Source: Gallionellaceae bacterium (GTDB lineage Bacteria; Pseudomonadota; Gammaproteobacteria; Burkholderiales; Gallionellaceae). From it: 15,278 nt of DNA. Below the pieces are notes generated by a model. That model saw nothing but the letters and a program-made list of their open reading frames with translations, was not told where the DNA came from and did not search any database. The translations under genes were made by a program, and so were the position numbers. Shown here piece after piece: positions 1-6,488 of this stretch (its first letter is position 1; the number at the start of each line of letters is the position of its first letter). The DNA lies in assembly GCA_036523795.1 (NCBI GenBank), contig DATDDN010000106.1:1-15278 (forward strand), given 5' to 3'.

Positions 1-1300
1 AGTTGACCAGCACCGGCCCCAGCACGCCGGCTGTGGCCCATGCCGTCAGCAAACGCCCGTGGATGGCGCCCACCATCTGGGTGCCGAAGATGTCGGCCAG
101 ATAGGCCGGCACCGTGGCAAAGCCGCCGCCATACATGGACAGGATGATGCCGAAGGCGGCCACGAACAGCGCCACGTGGCCGGTCTGACCCAGAGTCGGG
201 ATCGACACGTAAAGGATGAAACCGAGCACGAAGAACACGAAGTAGGTGCGCTGGCGGCCGATGTAATCCGAAAATGATGCCCACACGAAACGGCCCGCGA
301 TGTTGAACAGCGACAGCAGTCCGGTGAAGCCCGCAGCGATGGCGGCGATCTGCACCTTCTGCTCCGGCGTCAGCTCATTGAAACTGGCACTGAGCCCGAG
401 CAAGCGGCCGGCAAACACTTCCTGCAGCAGCGGCGAGGCCATGCCCAGCACGCCGATGCCGGCGGTCACATTGAGGCACAGCACGGCCCAGATCAGCCAG
501 AACTGCGGGATGCCCCACACTTTGTTCACATGCACATGCCTGTCGGTGATCATGGCTTTCGCCCTGGGCTCAGGCTCCACCCAGTTGTCCGGTTTCCAGC
601 CTGCGGGCGGCACGCGGTAACCCATGGCGCCGGCCAGCATGAATACAAGATATACAGCCGCCATCACCAGGAAGGTCTCCCACACGCCCACCGAGGTCGG
701 CGTGGCGAAGTGGTGCATCAGCTCGTTGGCCAGCGGTGCGCCTATCATCGCGCCGCCGCCAAAACCCATGATGGCCATGCCGGTGGCCATGCCGCGCCGG
801 TCCGGGAACCATTTGATCAGGGTGGACACCGGCGAGATGTAACCCAGGCCCAGGCCGATGCCGCCGATTACGCCGGAACCCAGCCAGAGCAGGACGATCT
901 GATGCGTGTAGACGCCCAGCGCAGAGATCACCAGGCCGCCAGCCCAGCACAGTGCAGCCACCACGCCAGCCTTGCGCGGGCCGGCATGCTCCAGCCAACC
1001 ACCGAGCAGGGCGGCAGAGGTACCGAGCAGCACGAAGAACAGGGTAAACATCCAGCCCAGCGTGGAAATCTTCCAGTCACAGGTGGTGGAAAACAGCTCT
1101 GCAAAGGAACCCATGTCGCTAGGGCAGACCACCGACTCCTTGATGCCGATGGCGCGCGACAGCGGCAGCCAGAACACGGAGAAGCCATAAGCCATGCCGA
1201 TGCACAGGTGGATGGCCAGCGCCGCCGGCGGCACCAGCCAGCGGTTGTAGCTGGCGTGGGCGATGCTGTGCTCCTTGTCGAGAAAATCCAGAAACGCCAT
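1..1300 (-). CDS. MFS transporter, oxalate/formate antiporter (OFA) family; N-terminal ~433 aa, the 3' end lies left of the window
   Basis: Minus-strand frame starting ATG at 1298-1300 (RBS GGAGAG 5 nt upstream). It translates MAFLDFLDKEHSIAHASYNRWLVPPAALAIHLCIGMAYGFSVFWLPLS..., typical of OFA/OxlT-like MFS permeases with multiple hydrophobic helices. The frame stays open to position 1. Not in the ORF track because it runs off the window. Confidence 0.8.
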   Translation of the reverse strand, partial: MAFLDFLDKEHSIAHASYNRWLVPPAALAIHLCIGMAYGFSVFWLPLSRAIGIKESVVCPSDMGSFAELFSTTCDWKISTLGWMFTLFFVLLGTSAALLGGWLEHAGPRKAGVVAALCWAGGLVISALGVYTHQIVLLWLGSGVIGGIGLGLGYISPVSTLIKWFPDRRGMATGMAIMGFGGGAMIGAPLANELMHHFATPTSVGVWETFLVMAAVYLVFMLAGAMGYRVPPAGWKPDNWVEPEPRAKAMITDRHVHVNKVWGIPQFWLIWAVLCLNVTAGIGVLGMASPLLQEVFAGRLLGLSASFNELTPEQKVQIAAIAAGFTGLLSLFNIAGRFVWASFSDYIGRQRTYFVFFVLGFILYVSIPTLGQTGHVALFVAAFGIILSMYGGGFATVPAYLADIFGTQMVGAIHGRLLTAWATAGVLGPVLVN

Positions 1301-1420
1301 GCGTGCTCTCCCTGCGTAGAGTTGTAAAGAATTCAGGATGCCATGACCTGCCCGCGTACAGAAAACCGGAGCGCGGTCACAGGCGGCGCATGATAACCGT
1401 TTTCATCTGCCCGACACCAT

Positions 1421-3016
1421 TCAGCCTTGCCGGATCGCATCGAACTCCAGCTCAAACCGGGCCAGATATTTGCGCAAGCGGTCGGCATCGTTGGCTTGCT
1501 TCTTCAACTGCCGGGATGCAGAGAACAGCTTGCGGCCAGCCTCTGACAGGCTGGTCGAGTTACGGCACACCTCGATGACCGTGTTGAGCTGGCAGCGATC
1601 GAACATGTCCAGCTCATGACTGCGCGCGCCCAGCACCTGTTCCGCCATATCTTGCTCGACAGGCTCTGCCCAGGCCGCGCGGAGGCGCTCGATTTCTTCC
1701 AGTACGACAGGCTCGGTCACCCGCCCGGCCTCGGCCAGCGTGGCCATGCGTGTCACCGAGGCGGTCAGCTCGCGGAAATTGCCTGGCCAGCGCGCCTCCG
1801 CCGACCGGGCAAAATCCAGATAACGCCGTTTGGCTTCGACATTGAAGCGCACGCGTTCGCCGCTTTCTCCCGCATAACGCTCCAGCTCGAAATCGAGGTT
1901 GGGCTCGATGTCCTCACCGCGCCGCGCCAGACCCAGCAAATCAAATTTCCACATATTGATCCGCGCATAGAGGTCTTCGCGGAACCGTCCTTCCGCCACC
2001 CATTGCTGCAGGTTGCGATGGGTGCCGGCAATCAGCTGGAAGTTGCTCTCCACCTCGCGGTCGCCGCCGAACGGGAAGAAGCGCTTCTCTTCAATGGCCT
2101 TGAGCAGCATGGCCTGTTCGTCCAGCCCCAGCTCGCCGATCTCGTCCAGAAACAGCAGCCCGTCGTCTGCGGCACGCAACAGCCCGGAGCGCTCGCTCTG
2201 TGCGCCGGTAAATGCGCCGCGCACATGTCCAAACAGACTGGACATGGCCGAATCGCCGCGCAGGGTGGCGCAGTTCACTTCGACAAACCTGCCGGACAGG
2301 CGCTGCCGCTGGCGCTTCAACTCATACACGCGGCGAGCCAGGAAAGACTTGCCGGCACCGGTGGGACCGACCAGCAGCATCGGTGCACGCGAACGGCTGG
2401 CGACCTGTTCGATGCGCTCTATGGTGCGGTTGAATTCGGCATTGCGCGTGGCGATACCCGCCTTGAGGAACACCAGCGATTCGTCGTGCTCGCGCGCAAA
2501 GCGCTGAGCAATCTTGTTGTAACGCGACAGATCGAGGTCGATGATTTCATAGCTGCCCACTGAATCGGCCTGCTCTTTCTTGCGCGGCGGCGAAGTTTGC
2601 AGCAGGCGCGCAGGCAGGTAGCGCGCCTCGGCCAGCAGGAACCAGCAGATCTGCGCCACGTGAGTGCCGGTGGTGATGTGGATCAGGTAATCCTCGTGCT
2701 CGATGTCGAACGGGTAGCTGCGCGCCAGGTCGTGCAGCATGGTGTAGACCTCTTCGAAATCCCACGGGTCGCGCAGTTCGATCTGCACCCTGCGCACCTC
2801 GGTCTCCGGCGAAACCGAGGCAATATCGCGGCTCACCCGTTCGGCCAGCGCCGTGCTGCGCGCATCGTGCAGCAGCTCGAAACGGCTCACCAGCAAGTCC
2901 TCCTGCTGGCACAGCGCCACACTGGGACGCCACTTCTCCCAGCGCCCCATGCCTTTGCCGCCATGATCCAGCTGAGTGCCAAGAAATCCGAAAACCACCA
3001 GTCGCTTTTTATCCAT
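1421..3016 (-). CDS. rtcR: Sigma-54-dependent transcriptional activator RtcR (N-terminal CARF-type regulatory domain, central AAA+ sigma-54 activation domain, C-terminal HTH)
   Basis: 531 aa. N-terminus MDKKRLVVFGFLGTQLDHGGKG matches the E. coli RtcR N-terminus pattern (MRKTVAFGFVGTVLDYAG). Central Walker A GPTGAGKS, the GAFTGA sigma-54 contact motif and Walker B LLFLDEIGEL are present. The gene is divergent from an rtcB/rtcA operon. Confidence 0.92.
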   Translation of the reverse strand: MDKKRLVVFGFLGTQLDHGGKGMGRWEKWRPSVALCQQEDLLVSRFELLHDARSTALAERVSRDIASVSPETEVRRVQIELRDPWDFEEVYTMLHDLARSYPFDIEHEDYLIHITTGTHVAQICWFLLAEARYLPARLLQTSPPRKKEQADSVGSYEIIDLDLSRYNKIAQRFAREHDESLVFLKAGIATRNAEFNRTIERIEQVASRSRAPMLLVGPTGAGKSFLARRVYELKRQRQRLSGRFVEVNCATLRGDSAMSSLFGHVRGAFTGAQSERSGLLRAADDGLLFLDEIGELGLDEQAMLLKAIEEKRFFPFGGDREVESNFQLIAGTHRNLQQWVAEGRFREDLYARINMWKFDLLGLARRGEDIEPNLDFELERYAGESGERVRFNVEAKRRYLDFARSAEARWPGNFRELTASVTRMATLAEAGRVTEPVVLEEIERLRAAWAEPVEQDMAEQVLGARSHELDMFDRCQLNTVIEVCRNSTSLSEAGRKLFSASRQLKKQANDADRLRKYLARFELEFDAIRQG

Positions 3017-3111
3017 TTGGATAATTTACTCGATATATATCTATATATTTCAAATTGTCGCACAAGCAACAGCTCTCGCGCTCGAAATTTTACTTATTAA
3101 ATATCATGCGG

Positions 3112-3124
3112 TTATCAATATTTT
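3112..3124. promoter_or_regulatory. IHF-like site (TATCAAtattTTc vs WATCAANNNNTTR) between rtcR and the sigma-54 promoter
   Basis: 12/13 match to the IHF consensus. It lies about 25 nt upstream of the -24 element, where IHF-mediated bending is usual for sigma-54 promoters. An alternating AT tract (cgatatatatctatatattt, 3031-3050) lies further upstream. Confidence 0.3.
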
Positions 3125-3142
3125 CTATCCAACACCCCGGGC

Positions 3143-3158
3143 TGGCACACATTTCGCT
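3143..3158 (+). promoter_or_regulatory. Sigma-54 (-24/-12) promoter, TGGCAC-N5-TCGCT, driving the + strand rtc-type operon
   Basis: Perfect -24 element TGGCAC (3143-3148). GC of the -12 element is at 3156-3157, with the canonical GG-N10-GC spacing. It is adjacent to, and divergent from, the sigma-54 activator gene rtcR. Predicted TSS near 3168-3170. Confidence 0.6.
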
Positions 3159-3285
3159 GTATTGCTGGTGATCGCGGCAAAGCCCCAAAGCCCACGGGCA
3201 GAGGTTGACTAGCCTCTCCGGTGCGCGCCATCCAGGCCCAGGCCGGTCGATGACGTGCATGCCGCTGCTGCAATGTGCGATCGCG

Positions 3286-3334
3286 GGGCAATCTCTGGTG
3301 AGCCCGCCGGGTTCGATTCCCGGATTGCCCACCA
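3286..3334 (+). ncRNA. tRNA-like minihelix: 7-bp acceptor stem (GGGCAAT/ATTGCCC), T-arm (CCGGG-TTCGATT-CCCGG), discriminator A and CCA; no D or anticodon arm
   Basis: Read directly from the sequence. A canonical T-loop TTCGATT is closed by a 5-bp GC stem. A perfectly complementary acceptor stem ends in ACCA at 3331-3334. Only 14 nt (ctctggtgagcccg) replace the D and anticodon arms. It sits in the operon leader downstream of the sigma-54 promoter. Confidence 0.45.
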
Positions 3335-3405
3335 CTGGATAGCTCATTGGGTAGAGCAATCGACTAATCATCGATCTGTCGCGGGTTCGACTCCCGCTCC
3401 ACTGT
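3333..3405 (+). ncRNA. tRNA-like cloverleaf (probable tRNA mimic of the Y-RNA/YrlA type, or a pseudo-tRNA); anticodon position reads AAU
   Basis: Full 73-nt cloverleaf. Acceptor CACTGGA/TCCACTG (6/7 bp, C3-C70 mismatch), U8 and A9. D-arm GCTC-ATTGGGTA-GAGC with G18 and G19. Anticodon arm ATCGA-CTAATCA-TCGAT with U33 but a pyrimidine at position 37 and A34. 5-nt variable loop. T-arm GCGGG-TTCGACT-CCCGC with T54, T55, C56 and A58. No encoded CCA. It overlaps the CCA of the preceding minihelix by 2 nt. Confidence 0.55.
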
Positions 3406-3643
3406 CCTTACACGACAGATATGCAACACCGTAGTACCCGCCGGTTGCGGAATGCGCAAGCACCCGCCGCCGTCCGGGCCGGGCCTGCTGCCACACCGCC
3501 GGCAAGGTCGACAGAAGCAGGAGCGGAATGCTGTGCCGTACGGCAGCACCCGCAAGCGCTCTGCCCAGACCTCCCCGGCCGTGCCGCAGCAGGCACCCGC
3601 CAGGATGGCGCCCGACCGGCACATTTATCGAGGAGAAAGCAAC

Positions 3644-4783
3644 ATGCTGAAACGTTATGTCATCAAGAAAAATGAAAAAGGTTTGCTGTACAAGGACGGC
3701 GACTTCGAGCGCGTCCTCTCTGCAGGCCGCCACCTGTTTGTTGACCCGCTGCGCCGCCTGTCGCTGCAGACTTACCGGATCGACACCCAGATGAACGATG
3801 TATCCCTGGTGGATTACCTGCTCAAGACTGCGCCTGCGCAGGCCAATGAGCACTTTGTGTGCATGGAGCTGGCAGAAGACGAGGCCGGCCTGCGCTATGA
3901 GAACGGCCTGCTGGTCGAGGTGCTGCCGCCTGCCGCACGTCGTGTGTTCTGGAAAGGACTGCTACAGCACCGCCTGGACAAGGCCGACCTGAAGCAGGGA
4001 TACGCGCTGGATGCCCCCCTTGCCGGCCGCCTGGTGCAGACCGGCTTGCGTGGCCGCGCCCTGACCGGACTGACCGGTCTGCTGGTGGTGCAGATTCCCG
4101 CTTACCACGTCGGCATCCTGAAGGTGAACGGCAAGGTACAGCGCGTCCTTGAGCCCGGAGTGGAAGCGTTCTGGCGCTTCAACCGCGAGATCGAGGTAGA
4201 GCTGGTGGACACCCGCCTGCAGAACATGGAAGTCAGCGGGCAGGAGATCCTGACTCACGACAAGGTGGGGCTGCGCCTCAACCTCGCCGCCACCTGGCGC
4301 TACACCGATGCGCTGCAGGCGTTCGAAAAGCTGGTGAAGCCTGCCGAGCACCTGTACCGCGAGCTTCAGTTCGTGCTGCGTGCCGCAGTCGGAACACGCA
4401 GCCTGGATGAGCTGCTGGAAAACAAGCAGGTGATCGACGAGCTGGTCATCGCCCACGTCACCCGCAAGTTCGCCGGCTTCGGCATCGAGGTGACCAGCGC
4501 CGGCGTGAAGGACATCGTGCTGCCGGGCGAGATGAAGACCATCCTCGCCCAGGTGGTGGAGGCCGAGAAGTCGGCGCAGGCCAATGTGATCCGTCGCCGC
4601 GAGGAGACCGCAGCCACCCGTTCGCTGCTGAACACCGCCAAGGTGATGGAGGACAACCCCACCGCCCTGCGACTGAAAGAGCTGGAAACACTGGAGCGCG
4701 TGGCCGAGCGTATCGACCGCATCAGCGTATTCGGTGGACTGGACCAGGTGCTGAATGGCCTGGTGCAGATTCGCGGCGACTAA
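3644..4783 (+). CDS. SPFH/band-7 (stomatin-prohibitin-flotillin-HflK/C) domain protein, 379 aa; no N-terminal transmembrane segment, so apparently cytoplasmic
   Basis: ATG at 3644 with RBS GAGGAG 8 nt upstream. Canonical SPFH core (…IPAYHVGILKVNGKVQRVLEPGVEAFWRF…QEILTHDKVGLRLNLAATWRYTD…SLDELLENKQVIDELVIAHVTRKFAGFGIEVTSAGVKDIVLPGEMK…) is followed by a predicted coiled-coil. The N-terminal ~50 aa (VIKKNEKGLLYKDGDFERVLSAGRHLFVDP) look like a second, partial copy of the SPFH N-terminal strand region. The ORF-track start at 3452 only adds an Arg/Pro-rich, low-complexity extension typical of GC-rich non-coding DNA. Confidence 0.8.
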   Translation: MLKRYVIKKNEKGLLYKDGDFERVLSAGRHLFVDPLRRLSLQTYRIDTQMNDVSLVDYLLKTAPAQANEHFVCMELAEDEAGLRYENGLLVEVLPPAARRVFWKGLLQHRLDKADLKQGYALDAPLAGRLVQTGLRGRALTGLTGLLVVQIPAYHVGILKVNGKVQRVLEPGVEAFWRFNREIEVELVDTRLQNMEVSGQEILTHDKVGLRLNLAATWRYTDALQAFEKLVKPAEHLYRELQFVLRAAVGTRSLDELLENKQVIDELVIAHVTRKFAGFGIEVTSAGVKDIVLPGEMKTILAQVVEAEKSAQANVIRRREETAATRSLLNTAKVMEDNPTALRLKELETLERVAERIDRISVFGGLDQVLNGLVQIRGD

Positions 4784-4788
4784 GCCAT

Positions 4789-4810
4789 GGGCACGCCTGA
4801 TTGCGTGCCC
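4789..4810 (+). other. Intercistronic perfect hairpin GGGCACGC-ctgatt-GCGTGCCC (8-bp stem) with no U-tract
   Basis: Seen directly, 6 nt after the SPFH stop (4781-4783) and 18 nt before the next start codon. No downstream T-run, so more likely an mRNA processing or stability element, or a partial attenuator, than a terminator. Confidence 0.4.
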
Positions 4811-4827
4811 ACTTACCGGAGAACATC

Positions 4828-5238
4828 ATGACAAGTGGAAAACAGCGGCGTGCAGCCATCAAGGCAGCACGTTTGCGCCGGGAATTCAGGCAACAAGCGG
4901 CATTACGTGAAACGACCATGCCATCCTTGCTGCCCTTGCATACCGCAGCCGTCAACCCGGCCTGCCTGGCACCCTACAACAGCTATGGCGAGCCGGATTT
5001 CGTCAACCGCGGTTACTATCAGGACCAGCCGTTCGTGTGCGTGGATTGCGGCGCACCGGGGGTATGGAGCGCGCAGCGGCAAAAATGGTGGTATGAAATA
5101 GCCAAGGGCAACGTCTGGTCCTGCGCCATCCGCTGCCCCACCTGCCGTGCGCGACGCCGCGCCATCAGCGCAGAAGGGCGCCGCACCTGGATGGAAGGCA
5201 TGAAACACAAGCAGGCTGCCTCGCAGCCTGCCAAATAA
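4828..5238 (+). CDS. Small basic zinc-ribbon protein (136 aa) with two CxxC pairs (CVDC…CPTC), function unknown
   Basis: ATG at 4828 with GGAGAA 6 nt upstream. N-terminus Lys/Arg-rich (MTSGKQRRAAIKAARLRREFRQQ). FVCVDCGAP…(28 aa)…CAIRCPTCR forms a 4-Cys Zn-ribbon-like motif. Tightly packed between the SPFH gene and rtcB: 13 nt to the rtcB start, versus 44 nt after the SPFH stop. Confidence 0.6.
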   Translation: MTSGKQRRAAIKAARLRREFRQQAALRETTMPSLLPLHTAAVNPACLAPYNSYGEPDFVNRGYYQDQPFVCVDCGAPGVWSAQRQKWWYEIAKGNVWSCAIRCPTCRARRRAISAEGRRTWMEGMKHKQAASQPAK

Positions 5239-5251
5239 CAAGGAAACAGTT

Positions 5252-6469
5252 ATGGAACATCAAATTCTCGAGGTAGCCCACGGCAAGCCGATCAAGATGT
5301 GGACCCAGGGGGTGCCCGTTGAAGACGAGGCACGCCAGCAACTGATGAACACGGCACGGATGCCGTTCATCTTCAGCCACATTGCCGTGATGCCGGACGT
5401 GCATCTGGGCAAGGGGTCGACCATCGGCAGCGTGATCCCCACCCGTGGCGCCATCATTCCGGCAGCCGTCGGCGTGGACATCGGCTGCGGCATGATGGCG
5501 GCGCGCACCTCGCTCAAGGCGAGCGACCTGCCAGACTATCTGCACGGCCTGCGCAGCGCTATCGAGCGGGCTGTGCCGCATGGCCGCACCAGCACACGCA
5601 GCGGGCGTGACAAAGGTGCCTGGGATACGCCGCCGACAAGCGTGGATGCAATGTGGGGTGAACTGGTACCGGGCTTCAAGCGCATCATCGAGAAGCACCC
5701 GCGCCTGGCCAAAACCAACAACCACAAGCACCTGGGAACGCTTGGAACCGGTAACCACTTCATCGAAGTGTGCCTGGACGAGACCGACACGGTGTGGTTC
5801 ATGCTGCATAGCGGTTCGCGTGGTGTCGGGAATGCCATCGGCACCCACTTCATCGAACTGGCCCAGGCCGACATGCGCCAGCACATTGCCAATCTCCCGG
5901 ATCGCGACCTCGCCTATTTCGAAGAAGGCAGCTCACACTTCGCCGATTATGTCGAGGCGGTGGGGTGGGCGCAGGATTACGCGCGGCGCAATCGTGCAGT
6001 GATGATGCAGAACGTGGTTGCGGCTGCACGCCAGGTGATCGCCAAGCCGTTCGATGCCAGCGTGGAAGCGGTGAATTGCCACCACAACTATGTGCAGAAG
6101 GAAACGCATTTCGGCAGTGAGATTCTGGTCACCCGCAAGGGAGCTGTGTCCGCGCGCAAGGGTGAGCTCGGCATCATTCCCGGCTCGATGGGGGCAAAAA
6201 GCTACATCGTGCGCGGACTCGGCAACGAGGAATCGTTCTGCTCGTGCAGCCATGGTGCCGGCCGTACCATGAGCCGCAATGAAGCAAAGCGCCGCTTTAC
6301 GCTGGAAGACCAGATCGGTGCGACGGCCCATGTGGAGTGCCGCAAGGACGAGGCAGTGATCGACGAAATCCCGATGGCCTACAAGGACATCGATGCCGTG
6401 ATGGAAGCGCAGCGCGCCCTGGTGGAAGTCGTGCATACCCTGCGTCAGGTGGTATGCGTGAAGGGATGA
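5252..6469 (+). CDS. rtcB: RNA-splicing ligase RtcB (3'-phosphate/5'-hydroxyl RNA ligase)
   Basis: 405 aa, collinear over its whole length with E. coli RtcB. Examples: KMWTQGVPVE, MPFIFSHIAVMPDVHLGKGSTIGSVIPT, HLGTLGTGNHFIE, NCHHNYV, GNEESFCSCSHGAGR, TLRQVVCVKG. RBS AAGGAAA. Confidence 0.96.
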   Translation: MEHQILEVAHGKPIKMWTQGVPVEDEARQQLMNTARMPFIFSHIAVMPDVHLGKGSTIGSVIPTRGAIIPAAVGVDIGCGMMAARTSLKASDLPDYLHGLRSAIERAVPHGRTSTRSGRDKGAWDTPPTSVDAMWGELVPGFKRIIEKHPRLAKTNNHKHLGTLGTGNHFIEVCLDETDTVWFMLHSGSRGVGNAIGTHFIELAQADMRQHIANLPDRDLAYFEEGSSHFADYVEAVGWAQDYARRNRAVMMQNVVAAARQVIAKPFDASVEAVNCHHNYVQKETHFGSEILVTRKGAVSARKGELGIIPGSMGAKSYIVRGLGNEESFCSCSHGAGRTMSRNEAKRRFTLEDQIGATAHVECRKDEAVIDEIPMAYKDIDAVMEAQRALVEVVHTLRQVVCVKG

Positions 6470-6488
6470 ACAATTTCAGGAGAAGGAT

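Noticed and set aside
530-1327. 265-aa + strand ORF (and 570..998 minus, 624..842 +) overlapping the transporter gene
   Set aside because: Arg/His/Gly/Ala-rich low-complexity translation typical of the wrong frame or strand in high-GC DNA. The minus-strand frame gives a coherent OFA-family MFS permease with an RBS.
1616-2563. 315-aa + strand ORF and several smaller ORFs antisense to rtcR
   Set aside because: Antisense to a gene with unambiguous RtcR homology. Composition-biased and no RBS, so GC-rich frame artefacts.
3333-3405. Calling the cloverleaf a bona fide tRNA-Ile(AAU) gene
   Set aside because: A34 anticodon, pyrimidine at position 37, a C-C acceptor mismatch, and location inside a sigma-54 operon leader argue for a tRNA mimic or pseudo-tRNA rather than a decoding tRNA.
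3452-3643. Upstream in-frame extension of the SPFH ORF (ORF-track start at 3452)
   Set aside because: The extension is Pro/Arg/Gly-rich low complexity with no RBS. The ATG at 3644 has a near-perfect GAGGAG RBS and begins the SPFH homology. The region is better explained as structured leader RNA.
4801-4827. TTG start at 4801 for the Zn-ribbon protein (ORF-track start)
   Set aside because: The ATG at 4828 has a proper GGAGAA RBS at 6-nt spacing. The 4801 start would lie inside the intercistronic hairpin.
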